Source: Candidatus Bathyarchaeota archaeon (GTDB lineage: Archaea; Thermoproteota; Bathyarchaeia; Bathyarchaeales; Bathyarchaeaceae). From it: a stretch of 64,000 nt of DNA. The notes under the pieces are model-generated. The model saw only the letters and a program-made list of their open reading frames with translations. It did not search any database and had not been told where the DNA came from. The stretch is taken from positions 6,225 through 70,224 of the forward strand of contig JAUWZP010000001.1 in the NCBI GenBank assembly GCA_030615265.1. The letters run 5' to 3'. Both the position numbers and the translations under genes were made by a program. The stretch's first letter is position 1. Every line of letters begins with the position of its first letter. Below, one piece after another: positions 53,449 to 62,451 of the stretch.

Positions 53449-54645
53449 TTGACTTCACTAGAATATGAAATTAAACTTCTCTCAAAGATGGTTGAAATAA
53501 ACACCGAATCAGTTTCAAAGAAAGAATATGACAAGTGTGCATCGCTTATCGTGGAGGAAGCACAGCGAAACTCTCTAGATGTAGAAATAATCGACGGAGA
53601 GAAAGGAGCTAAAGATGGGCTTTCACGTCCAAACGTTATTGTAACTCTCGATGCAGGCTCAGATGTAACTCTGCTTCTGGAATCACATTTCGACATTGTC
53701 CCACCCGGACCTAACTGGACCTATCCACCGTTTAAGCTGACAGTTAAAGATGGAAAAGCTTACGGAAGAGGCACTGCAGACAACAAATCAGGTATAGCCG
53801 CCGCAATTGGAGCCATGCGACAACTAAAGAAAGAAAAGCTAGACGTAAACCTCAAGCTCATCGCAGGAGTAGATGAAGAAATCGGAGGAAGATACGGCGT
53901 AGACTACGTGTTAAGCGACCACGGATTAACAGGCGAAGCAGTATTAATCCTTGACGCAGGCCCAGAAAGACTTTACCTAGGAGCAAGCGGAATCATCTGG
54001 GGAAAAATAACAGTTGAGGGAAAACAAGGACATGCAGGATACCCTTTCAAAGCCAAAAACGCCATCGATGAAGCCATAAAACTGCTCGTCGCGTTTGAAT
54101 CCTACAAGAACGCAGTGGAGAAAAAAGAGTCGATTCTATATGCGCCGCCTGAAGCTCCAAGACAACGTGTTTGGGGAAGATATACGGTAACAATGATCAA
54201 GGCAGGAGAAAAGGAAAACGTAATACCTGGCACATGCGAAGTTCGCTTTGACCGAAGACTCATACCAGAAGAGCCCGTAGAACAAGCTGAAAAGGAACTG
54301 AGCGACTTCTTTCAGAAGGCTGTTGGGAAAACTGGTTGTAAAGCGTCACTAGAGATCATTTACAAACTTCCGGGGTACCACACACCAAAGGATTTGGTCT
54401 TTGTGCAAACAGTTTCAGAAAACATCAAGAAAACAGTAGGTCAAAGTCTACCCTTCGCTGGAGAACTGGGAGGAAACGACGGAACCTTTTTTGCCAAAAA
54501 TGGAATTCCAGTGATATGTTACGGAACGATCAGAGCTGACACACATTATCATGGTGTGGACGAATTCGTGTATCTTGAAGACGTAAAGAACACGCGAAAC
54601 TTGATAGTTAATCTGGGAAAAGTATCAAGGGAGAAAATAGCATAG
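53449..54645 (+). CDS. M20-family metallohydrolase (ArgE/DapE/acetylornithine deacetylase-like)
   Basis: LLLESHFDIVPPG, GRGTADNKSGIAAAI and GVDEEIGG are M20 metal-ligand motifs. Confidence 0.8.
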   Translation: MTSLEYEIKLLSKMVEINTESVSKKEYDKCASLIVEEAQRNSLDVEIIDGEKGAKDGLSRPNVIVTLDAGSDVTLLLESHFDIVPPGPNWTYPPFKLTVKDGKAYGRGTADNKSGIAAAIGAMRQLKKEKLDVNLKLIAGVDEEIGGRYGVDYVLSDHGLTGEAVLILDAGPERLYLGASGIIWGKITVEGKQGHAGYPFKAKNAIDEAIKLLVAFESYKNAVEKKESILYAPPEAPRQRVWGRYTVTMIKAGEKENVIPGTCEVRFDRRLIPEEPVEQAEKELSDFFQKAVGKTGCKASLEIIYKLPGYHTPKDLVFVQTVSENIKKTVGQSLPFAGELGGNDGTFFAKNGIPVICYGTIRADTHYHGVDEFVYLEDVKNTRNLIVNLGKVSREKIA

Positions 54646-54665
54646 TACCAAATGAGCGTGCACTA

Positions 54666-55550
54666 TTAGGAACCTTCAACAACAAAGTTTTCAAGTTTCC
54701 CAATTGCCTCTATTTCAATAGTTAGTGTGTCTTTCGGTTTCAGAAATTTCGGTTCAGGCTTCATGAAAACTCCAACTCCGGCCGGCGTGCCCGTTGCAAT
54801 TATGTCGCCTAACTCCAAGGTCATAACTCTGCTTACGTGATGAATAATCTCGTAAACGTTGAAAACCATATTCTTCGTGGATGAATCTTGTCTCAGTTCA
54901 CCATTCACCCAAGTTCTTATCTTCAAGTTGTTTGGATTTCCGATTTGGTTAGCGGTGGTTATGTAAGGACCCATCGGGGCAAAGGTGTCGAAGCTCTTGC
55001 CGCGAGTCCACTGTCTATCCTTGAATTGGATGTCTCTGGCTGAAACATCATTGAGAATCGTGTATCCGAAAACGTACTGCTTCGCCTCTTCCACCGATAT
55101 GTCCTTGCCTTTCTTCCCAATCACAACTGCAAGCTCAGCCTCATAATCAAGCTTCTTGACAAATTCCGGCTTAATAATGGGCTTGTTCGGACCTGTTATG
55201 GCCGTGCGAGGTTTCATAAAGATTATTGGTTCCTCCGGAATCTCGGCATCTTGCTCTGCGGCATGGTCATGATAGTTTAAGCCTACGCAAACTATTTTAG
55301 GGGGGTTAACAATCGGAGCTAGCAATTCCACGTCGGCCAGCTTGTAAATGGCATCTTTTTTGATTTCCTCCTGATCTTCAAGCGCTTCTTTGATGTTGTT
55401 CCAGGATTCTGGGCTAAGCGAGATTAATTCTTCAATTGTTTGGGGAGCTGAGCATTTATTGAAAGGTGAAATAGTAGTGATCGACAGCATTTGGTCGTCT
55501 ACTATTCCGTAAAACTCTCTCTCTTCAGCTTTGAAACGGGCAATCCTCAA
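54666..55550 (-). CDS. fumarylacetoacetate hydrolase (FAH) family protein
   Basis: KIVCVGLNYHDHAAE, DYEAELAVVIGK, ILNDVSARD and GDIIATGTPAGVG are canonical FAH-fold motifs. Confidence 0.85.
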   Translation of the reverse strand: MRIARFKAEEREFYGIVDDQMLSITTISPFNKCSAPQTIEELISLSPESWNNIKEALEDQEEIKKDAIYKLADVELLAPIVNPPKIVCVGLNYHDHAAEQDAEIPEEPIIFMKPRTAITGPNKPIIKPEFVKKLDYEAELAVVIGKKGKDISVEEAKQYVFGYTILNDVSARDIQFKDRQWTRGKSFDTFAPMGPYITTANQIGNPNNLKIRTWVNGELRQDSSTKNMVFNVYEIIHHVSRVMTLELGDIIATGTPAGVGVFMKPEPKFLKPKDTLTIEIEAIGKLENFVVEGS

Positions 55551-55660
55551 AGTTATACAACCTCCAATTTACATGAAGTAACTAGGCTTCCAACTTTATT
55601 CAATTGTTGTCTCCTCTTTCAAAAAATATCTTGAACAGCAGACAAAAGCGCGTTTGTGCG

Positions 55661-56248
55661 TTAGTCGACGATTTCCGCTTTGATTATTTTAACTTCTTGT
55701 AGTGGTCTATCGTTTTCATCTGTATTTACTTTGGCGATGTTATCAACAACATCCATCCCCTGTATCACTTTCCCGAAAACTGGATGCTTTGAGTCCAAGC
55801 GGTTGTTATCCACCAGATTAATAAAGAATTGGCTGCTTCCTGTGTTTGGACCTGCATTTGCCATGGCTATTGTACCCCTATCGTTTCTGTTATGATCTGT
55901 AAATTCATCCGTTATCGAGGGTATCGAGGGATCTCCGTATCCTGTTCCAGTAGGATCCCCTCCTTGAATCATGAAGCCATCTATTACTCTGTGAAAAATA
56001 GCGCCATCGTATACGCCTTGCTGGACCAGTTTCTTGAAATTTCCTGTTGTAATCGGCATGTCATCATATAGCTCAATCACTATGTCTCCCATATTCGTCT
56101 TAAGCAAAACTCTAACTGTGCTTGAACCATTTTTGGCAACCATACTAGACCACACTATTATTACTGCAACAACAGCCAGAAAAACTATTATGAATATAGG
56201 TTTTCTGCTTTTACGAGATCTGTATTTCCGTGATTTGCGCGGACTCAT
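55661..56248 (-). CDS. cyclophilin-type peptidyl-prolyl cis-trans isomerase with N-terminal membrane anchor
   Basis: From ATG 56248: a basic SPRKSRKYRSRKSRKP segment and a TM helix, then FHRVIDGFMIQGGDP...GTIAMANAG.NTGSSQFFI, the cyclophilin core. Confidence 0.85.
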   Translation of the reverse strand: MSPRKSRKYRSRKSRKPIFIIVFLAVVAVIIVWSSMVAKNGSSTVRVLLKTNMGDIVIELYDDMPITTGNFKKLVQQGVYDGAIFHRVIDGFMIQGGDPTGTGYGDPSIPSITDEFTDHNRNDRGTIAMANAGPNTGSSQFFINLVDNNRLDSKHPVFGKVIQGMDVVDNIAKVNTDENDRPLQEVKIIKAEIVD

Positions 56249-56440
56249 GTTCAAGATATGGTAGCAGCCATTGATTAAAACATATCTATATTGAGAAACT
56301 AAGCTGAATAAGCGAGGCAACACACGCGATAATCGCAAAAAAGCTGTAAAACTCTCAGAATACAAGAGTAAACTGTCACACCTTCCGACACTTCAAGGTA
56401 ACAATGCAAAATCTTCCGCAAGCGAAAGCGGATAAGTTCA

Positions 56441-57052
56441 TTGGGAAATAGAAAAGTTTTATTGAACTCACAGGCAATCTTAGACGATAAGTTGGAGAGT
56501 GATTTTGTGAAGCCAGCGGTTATGATCACTGACATGATAAACGATTTTGTAACAGGAATCCTCAAAAACGAACGCGCAGAAAAGATCATTCCCAACGTTA
56601 AGCAGCTAATCAATTTTGCTCGTGAAAACCATATTCCCGTTATCTACGTCAATGATGCTCATATGCAGAATGTTGATGTCGAATTCGACGTTTGGCCTGA
56701 GCATGCTGTTGCTGACACTTGGGGAGCCCAAGTCGTGAACGAACTTAAGCCCGAGAAGAGCGACTTTGTTCTTCAAAAAAGAAGATATAGCGCGTTCCAA
56801 GGCACAGGTCTAGACCAGTTGCTGAGGGAACTCAAAGTGGACACGTTAATTCTGACGGGTGTGGTCACAGACATATGTATTCAGCACACGGCTGCCGACG
56901 CCTTCTTTAGAGGATACAAAATAATAGTTCCCGAAGACTGTGTCGAAGCCATTAACGAGCAGACGCAAAAAGCAGCATTGGACTATTTGAAAAGAATCTA
57001 CGGATGCGAAATCACTAGGAAAGACAAAATAGTGAAGAGAAAGTGGAGCTAA
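56441..57052 (+). CDS. pncA: isochorismatase-family hydrolase, probable nicotinamidase
   Basis: AVMITDMINDF, IPVIYVNDAH and LILTGVVTDICIQHTAADA (catalytic Cys). It lies directly upstream of a nicotinate phosphoribosyltransferase gene. Confidence 0.7.
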   Translation: MGNRKVLLNSQAILDDKLESDFVKPAVMITDMINDFVTGILKNERAEKIIPNVKQLINFARENHIPVIYVNDAHMQNVDVEFDVWPEHAVADTWGAQVVNELKPEKSDFVLQKRRYSAFQGTGLDQLLRELKVDTLILTGVVTDICIQHTAADAFFRGYKIIVPEDCVEAINEQTQKAALDYLKRIYGCEITRKDKIVKRKWS

Positions 57053-57065
57053 GAGGCGAAAAAAT

Positions 57066-58256
57066 ATGCCAGTTTTTCATCATGCAACTGACGAGGAAAT
57101 AAAGAAAGGTGAAACAACAGACATCTACTTCGTAAGAACCAAGCAGGTTCTTGAAGCTAAGAGGCTTACTAAGATCCGGGCTTACGCCGAAGTGACTCCA
57201 GGCGTGCTTCCAAGTAGCTGGCCATGGGGAGTCTTATGTGGCATTGAAGAAGAAGCCCGCCTGTTTGAAGGTTGCCCAGTTGACGTTTACGCTATGCCGG
57301 AAGGAAGCGTGTTCTACCACGACGATTACACGGGAATACGCGAGCCAGTCATGTACATAGAAGGCCCCTACGGAGAATTCTGTCTCCTAGAAACTCCTCT
57401 GCTTGGGCTTCTTTGCCAAGCTTCCGGTGTAGCCACAAAGGCTGCGAGAGTGAAAAAGGTTGCCGAAGAAAAACTTGTCCTCGCCTTTGGCATCCGCCGC
57501 ATGCACCCAGCCTTGTCGCCTATGCTTGACCGTGCGGCCTATATAGGTGGTTGTGACGGTGTTTCCAGCTTAAGCGGCGCCAAAATTACTGGAACCAAAC
57601 CAATGGGAACCATGCCTCACGCGTTGATTATTGCGTTTGGCGACCAAGTGAAGGCTTGGAAGGCATTCGATGAGGTTATGCCCCATGACGTGCCACGTGT
57701 TGCGTTGATTGACACCTATTATGATGAGAAGGCAGAGGCAATAATGGCGGTAGAAGCTTTGAAACAGCGACTTCACGGTGTACGGTTAGATACGCCGGGT
57801 TCAAGGAAAGGCAATTTCGCTGAAATCGTTCGAGAGATTCGGTGGGAACTCGACGTGAGAGGCTACAAGCACGTTAAGATTTTCGTTTCCGGCGGACTAA
57901 ACGAAGAGTCGATTAGAATCTTAAGCGGTGCTGGTGCCGAGGCTTTCGGCGTTGGGACATCCATAAGCAATGCTCCAACTATTGATTTCGCTATGGATAT
58001 CGTTGAACTGAATGGTAAGCCAGTGGCCAAACGAGGTAAGCTAAGCTGTAAAAAGCAGGTGTGGAGATGCCCAAAATGCCTTAGGGACACTGTACAGCTT
58101 TTCGACTTGCCTATGCCTAAATGTCCCAAATGCTGTGGCAAGACTGAAGCTATGTTAAAGCCTCTAGTTAAGAAAGGAGAAATTGTTGCAAAACTTCCAA
58201 AGCCAAGCGCAATTCGCAGATACGTGCTTAAACAGCTTGAAAAGCTCATCTTATAG
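57066..58256 (+). CDS. nicotinate phosphoribosyltransferase (archaeal type, C-terminal zinc ribbon)
   Basis: TDIYFVRT N-terminus, GTMPHALI and VRLDTPG motifs of the type II PRTase family. C-terminal CPKC...CPKCCG. Confidence 0.8.
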   Translation: MPVFHHATDEEIKKGETTDIYFVRTKQVLEAKRLTKIRAYAEVTPGVLPSSWPWGVLCGIEEEARLFEGCPVDVYAMPEGSVFYHDDYTGIREPVMYIEGPYGEFCLLETPLLGLLCQASGVATKAARVKKVAEEKLVLAFGIRRMHPALSPMLDRAAYIGGCDGVSSLSGAKITGTKPMGTMPHALIIAFGDQVKAWKAFDEVMPHDVPRVALIDTYYDEKAEAIMAVEALKQRLHGVRLDTPGSRKGNFAEIVREIRWELDVRGYKHVKIFVSGGLNEESIRILSGAGAEAFGVGTSISNAPTIDFAMDIVELNGKPVAKRGKLSCKKQVWRCPKCLRDTVQLFDLPMPKCPKCCGKTEAMLKPLVKKGEIVAKLPKPSAIRRYVLKQLEKLIL

Positions 58257-58365
58257 CTCTAGTGGGCTTGTTCGATTAGCTTCCAAATGCCTTACGTCGT
58301 AACAGCATGCTTTGCTTTTTCAGTTTAGAAAAAAAGAAGTGGGCAAGTTTTCAGTTTATGTTTGG

Positions 58366-58611
58366 CTACACAAGTCTCGTCGACATAGCTATTGCAGTTT
58401 GCGTTTTGAGAACCCCCTCGAGAGAATGAATTTTCTCTAAGAGCTTTCCCAAGTCATCTATGTTGCTGGACTCAACGAAGGCTACCACGTCGAATGGCCC
58501 CGTAACTGCATGGGCGGTTTTAACACCGTTGATTTGCAACGCGGATTCAGCGACTTCCCATGGTTTGCCGGGCTCTGTGCTAATGAGTATGTAGGCTTGC
58601 ACATTTTTCAC
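58366..58611 (-). CDS. stand-alone Lrp/AsnC-type ligand-binding (RAM) domain protein
   Basis: AYILISTEPGKPWEVAESALQINGVKTAHAVTGPFDVVAFVESSNIDDLGKLL.KIHSLEGVLKTQT is a typical AsnC_trans_reg fold pattern without an HTH. Confidence 0.65.
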   Translation of the reverse strand: MKNVQAYILISTEPGKPWEVAESALQINGVKTAHAVTGPFDVVAFVESSNIDDLGKLLEKIHSLEGVLKTQTAIAMSTRLV

Positions 58612-58653
58612 CTCTTAACGTATTAAAGAATAAGAATGAAAGGTAGAAAAGCT

Positions 58654-59565
58654 TTAGCCTTGCAAAAGTTTCAGAAGGATTCCTTTCGCCGTGTAGAGTC
58701 GGTTTTCGCTTTGCTCGTAGATGATTGATCTCTCGCTTTCGATTATTTCGCCGCTGATTTCGTAGCCTCGATGAATCGGCATGTCATGCATCACAAGAGC
58801 TTTGCCTTCTTTCAGCAGTTCCCTATTGACTTGGTAGGGCATCATCAGTTTGATTCGCTTCTCTTTTTTTTCCTTGAATTTCGGGTCGAGGAAGAATTCC
58901 ATGTCAACCCATGTGTCAGTGTAAACTACGTCGGCATCTTTCACTGCGTTTTCAACGTTCAACGTTGTCTTGTGTAATCCGGTTTTCTCAGCGGCTTCCA
59001 TGAGTTCTTTATCGAGCGAAGGCTCATTCTTTATAGGCGTAACAGTTGTGATCTCCATGCCCGTCTTGGTGCAGCCCACAATTAGCGAGTTGCAGACATT
59101 GTTGTGAACCCCTATGTACACGAGCTTCGCACCTTTCAGTCTTCCAGTTTTCTCTTTGATTGTCATGAGGTCAGTAATAGCCTGACACGGATGATATTTC
59201 TCGTCGCATCCATTGATCACTGGAACCTGCGAGGCTTCAGCCATGGCTTTAAGGTCTGAGTTTCTAAGCAAACGCGCCATGATGCAGTCAACGTTTCTCG
59301 AAAGATAGCGGGTTTCATCCTTAATGTCTGCCATTTTGAAGTTTGTGGTTCTCCAGTCCAAGTAGAGTGCGTGGCCGCCCAGTTGAGTCATGGCTACCTC
59401 GAAGGAAACACGTGTTCGAGTTGAAGTCTTCTGGAAGATCAGGGCTAAAGACCTGTCTTTTAACGTGGTTCTAAACCTCTCAGGGGTTCTCTTGATTTCC
59501 ATGGACTTTTCAATGACCTCCTCAATCTGCCCTGGACTCCAATCTTTTAGGGTTAACAAATGCAT
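58654..59565 (-). CDS. aspartate/ornithine carbamoyltransferase-superfamily enzyme with non-canonical second-substrate motifs
   Basis: The carbamoyl-phosphate motifs STRTR and HPCQ are present. In place of the OTC motifs DxxxSMG and HCLP, the sequence has DTWVDME and HDMP. Confidence 0.75.
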   Translation of the reverse strand: MHLLTLKDWSPGQIEEVIEKSMEIKRTPERFRTTLKDRSLALIFQKTSTRTRVSFEVAMTQLGGHALYLDWRTTNFKMADIKDETRYLSRNVDCIMARLLRNSDLKAMAEASQVPVINGCDEKYHPCQAITDLMTIKEKTGRLKGAKLVYIGVHNNVCNSLIVGCTKTGMEITTVTPIKNEPSLDKELMEAAEKTGLHKTTLNVENAVKDADVVYTDTWVDMEFFLDPKFKEKKEKRIKLMMPYQVNRELLKEGKALVMHDMPIHRGYEISGEIIESERSIIYEQSENRLYTAKGILLKLLQG

Positions 59566-59670
59566 CTGGTATCACCTACTGGTGCTCGCTTTGAGTGTCG
59601 AACCTGTTGATTTAAGTTTTATGGAAACTCTTAATTTGAACTTGAAACTCAATGGCGCTTGAGGATTTAC

Positions 59671-60486
59671 ATGATTCTAATTGTGGCTTCAACCAAAGAC
59701 CCTGCGAGCATGAACATTGCGCAAAAAATCATTGACAATTATGGATTTGAAAGTTTTTCAGAAAGTTTTCAGCATAACCCAGTTTACATTAAGGCGGTGT
59801 CAGGGCGGGAAGTTAAACTCGTTTTCGTTAAGGAAGAACTTATTCACACGCAGTTTCTTACAGATTTTTTCACGCCTGAACTCTTAGTTTTTGTTTCAAA
59901 GCACAGCAGCGTAAGCGGTATTCCAACGCTTTCGGTTCATACACCTGGCAACTTCGGCGAGGCACAGGTAGGCGGCATAACAAGGAAGATTTCCGTTTCT
60001 CCAGCGAGCGCCATGAAAGAAGCTCTTCTAGAAGTGTCAAGGCGAAAGGAGCAGTTAGGGCTGAACTACAAGGTTTCGTATGAATGCACACATCACGGTC
60101 CATCTTTAGATGTGCCAACAATGTTTGTAGAGCTTGGTAGTTCACCCGTGCAGTGGAAAGATTTGAAAGCAGCAGAGGCAGTAGCATATGCGGCTATGGC
60201 TGCAGTCACCAAACGATCAAGGCACTCAGCTGTTTTGGGAGTTGGCGGTCCCCATTATAATGAGAGATTCACCAAGATGGTTTTGAACACGGAAGTAGCG
60301 TTCGGTCACATAATTCCGAAATATGCCATTCCAAAAATCGATGCTGCAATGTTGAAGCAATGTGTCCAAAGAACTGTTGAAACGGTGGAATCAGCTGTTT
60401 TTGATTGGAAAGGCATGCGAGGCGCAGATAAAAAAAGATTAATGACGATATTAGATGAAATCGGTGTTTCCGTAGAAAAGGCCTGA
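59671..60486 (+). CDS. dtdA: D-aminoacyl-tRNA deacylase, archaeal type (DTD2)
   Basis: MILIVASTKDPASMNI..., SKHSS.SGIPTLSVHTPGN and ECTHHGPS motifs of the DtdA family. Confidence 0.8.
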   Translation: MILIVASTKDPASMNIAQKIIDNYGFESFSESFQHNPVYIKAVSGREVKLVFVKEELIHTQFLTDFFTPELLVFVSKHSSVSGIPTLSVHTPGNFGEAQVGGITRKISVSPASAMKEALLEVSRRKEQLGLNYKVSYECTHHGPSLDVPTMFVELGSSPVQWKDLKAAEAVAYAAMAAVTKRSRHSAVLGVGGPHYNERFTKMVLNTEVAFGHIIPKYAIPKIDAAMLKQCVQRTVETVESAVFDWKGMRGADKKRLMTILDEIGVSVEKA

Positions 60487-60673
60487 AAATCTCAAAATCA
60501 GCCTTTTGACAGGATACGATTGTTGGTTTACCCCTGAAACTTAAGGAACTGAAGATGATTTTGCTCAAGGCTAAACCGTCCTTGAGAACCTGATGAAAAG
60601 CTAAAGCAAGAAAGATTATTCTATCGTTTTGAAAGTCTTATATAGCCCATTTCGTTATGTTATCGTGAGAACA

Positions 60674-60982
60674 ATGGCGGAAATCTGTTCTATATGCGGT
60701 CTTCCTCGCGACATATGCGTTTGCAGCGAAATCAGCAAAGAGCAACAACGAATCAAAGTGCGTTTAGAAACAAGAAAGTATAGAAGAGCAGTTACTATTA
60801 TAGACGGCATCAACGACAAGGACACAGACCTTGGGCGACTAGCCAAAAAACTAAAGTCATTCTGCGCCTGCGGAGGCACAGCCAAAAACCGCCAAGTGAT
60901 ACTCCAAGGCGACCACAGACAAAAAGTTTACTCCTACCTTCTTCAGATGGGCTATCCTCAAGAGAACATTGAGCTCCAGTGA
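60674..60982 (+). CDS. translation initiation factor aSUI1 (eIF1 homolog)
   Basis: MAEICSICGLPRDICVC zinc knuckle, then IKVRLETRKYRRAVTIIDGI...LAKKLKSFCACGGT...ILQGDHR, the SUI1 fold signature. Confidence 0.85.
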   Translation: MAEICSICGLPRDICVCSEISKEQQRIKVRLETRKYRRAVTIIDGINDKDTDLGRLAKKLKSFCACGGTAKNRQVILQGDHRQKVYSYLLQMGYPQENIELQ

Positions 60983-61061
60983 TTACAAAAACGGTTAAAG
61001 ACATGTCAGGAAGCGAGAAAGCTTGGGGTTACTTCAAAACCTACGCGAAGTATTTGGGAAA

Positions 61062-61268
61062 ATGAAAAGAAGCCAGCCGACGCCAAAGTTTTGCCCCAGA
61101 TGTGGAAGCTCCGAAATTCAACTTTCAAGCCGCTTTGACCTTTGGCTTTTTCCAGAACAATATGTCTGTCTAAAATGCGGCTATAAAGGTCCAGTTGTAT
61201 TGGAACTAGAAAAAGAAGAGGAAAAAGAGAAGCCTAGTCGGGAATCTCCAAGTGCAACTGTCTCTTAA
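61062..61268 (+). CDS. small zinc-ribbon protein (hypothetical)
   Basis: MKRSQPTPKFCPRCGSSEI...YVCLKCGYKG with an acidic tail. Its 3-prime end overlaps the convergent tfb gene by about 35 nt, which lowers confidence. Confidence 0.35.
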   Translation: MKRSQPTPKFCPRCGSSEIQLSSRFDLWLFPEQYVCLKCGYKGPVVLELEKEEEKEKPSRESPSATVS

Positions 61269-62166
61269 GGCTCTTATAGCGGTTTCTAACAGTCACTTCA
61301 GTTACGCCAGCCGCCTCAGCAATATCCTTCTGCGTCTTCTTCTCACTGTTCTGCAGACAAGCAATGTAAAGCGCGGCGGCGGCCAAGCCCATCGGGTCTT
61401 TTCCAGAAGCCGCCCGTTTCGCTCTGGCCTCCCTCAAAATCTTAATGGCCATTCCTTGGGTTTTACCGCTAATGCCTGTGCTCTCGGCAATCTTGGAGAC
61501 GTAAGTGAGAGGGTCAGCGATCGGCATCTGTATGTCGAGTTCTCTAAGCAACAGCCTGTAGCAACGAGCAACATCTTTCTTGTCGACAAGGCTGGCTTCA
61601 GAGATTTCGCGAAGAGTTCTTGGAGTTTTTGTACTGCGACAAGCTGCATGTAGAGCAGCAGCTGCGATAGCGGCTATTGACCTTCCACGGACTAAGCCTT
61701 TTTCTAAAGCCTTACGGTAGATAACCGCTGCTTTCTCCTTGACTGGCCCTGGGATGTAAAGTTTGTCGGAAAGTCTGTCAAGTTCAGCCATAGCTTGAGC
61801 AAGGTTTCGGTCGACTGAAGAATGAACCCGAGAGCGGATTTGCCATTTTCTGAGCCGCCACATTTGAAGTCTTGTTGAAAGTGGAAGTTTACGTCCGAAG
61901 GCATCTCGGTCTACGCGGCCAATAGCTGTGGACAGGCCTTTATCGTGCACAGAGTATGATGTTGGGACGCCGACACGGCTACGTGATGCTTTCTCTTCTT
62001 GGGTAAAAGCTCGCCATTCCGGCCCTTTATCGATCATTTGCTCATGCAAAACGAGACCGCATGTTCCGCATATGGTTTCACCTGTATCGTAATCGTGAAT
62101 AAGGTTAGCACTGCCACATTCAGCGCATTTTTCGGCTGCTCGTCGCTTTATTTCTCCTTTTTCCAT
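61234..62166 (-). CDS. tfb: transcription initiation factor IIB (TFB)
   Basis: N-terminal zinc ribbon CAECGSANLIHDYDTGETICGTCGLV, a B-reader/linker and two cyclin-fold repeats ending in ...VTEVTVRNRYK.L. Confidence 0.92.
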   Translation of the reverse strand: MEKGEIKRRAAEKCAECGSANLIHDYDTGETICGTCGLVLHEQMIDKGPEWRAFTQEEKASRSRVGVPTSYSVHDKGLSTAIGRVDRDAFGRKLPLSTRLQMWRLRKWQIRSRVHSSVDRNLAQAMAELDRLSDKLYIPGPVKEKAAVIYRKALEKGLVRGRSIAAIAAAALHAACRSTKTPRTLREISEASLVDKKDVARCYRLLLRELDIQMPIADPLTYVSKIAESTGISGKTQGMAIKILREARAKRAASGKDPMGLAAAALYIACLQNSEKKTQKDIAEAAGVTEVTVRNRYKSLKRQLHLEIPD

Positions 62167-62451
62167 GGATTATGTTCCCTCTATAGAGTATTGTGGCGAG
62201 AAAACCGTCACTGTTGGTGGTTCTTCATGGGAACCTTCAGGTTAGAATGTGTCCATCTGGCCCCGCCGCGAAGAATCTTTTAGAAATGTTTTAATATATA
62301 AACCTTACGATTTACATAAATGGATTCAATGTACGTTCTGTACCGATTAACTTCCAGTCTCGCTTGAGACTTCATCTTTCAAATTTATTGTCGAAATCTG
62401 TCTGCGGAACAGTTAAGAATTGTCGGTTTGCCCTGTAGTTACGGTGATTTC

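Noticed and set aside
60540-60600. TGATGA and CTGA words downstream of dtdA, considered as a C/D-box sRNA.
   Set aside because: The box order is wrong (CTGA elements precede the TGATGA), and there is no terminal stem or second D box. The CTCAAGG...CCTTGAG hairpin there is more simply a terminator-like structure.
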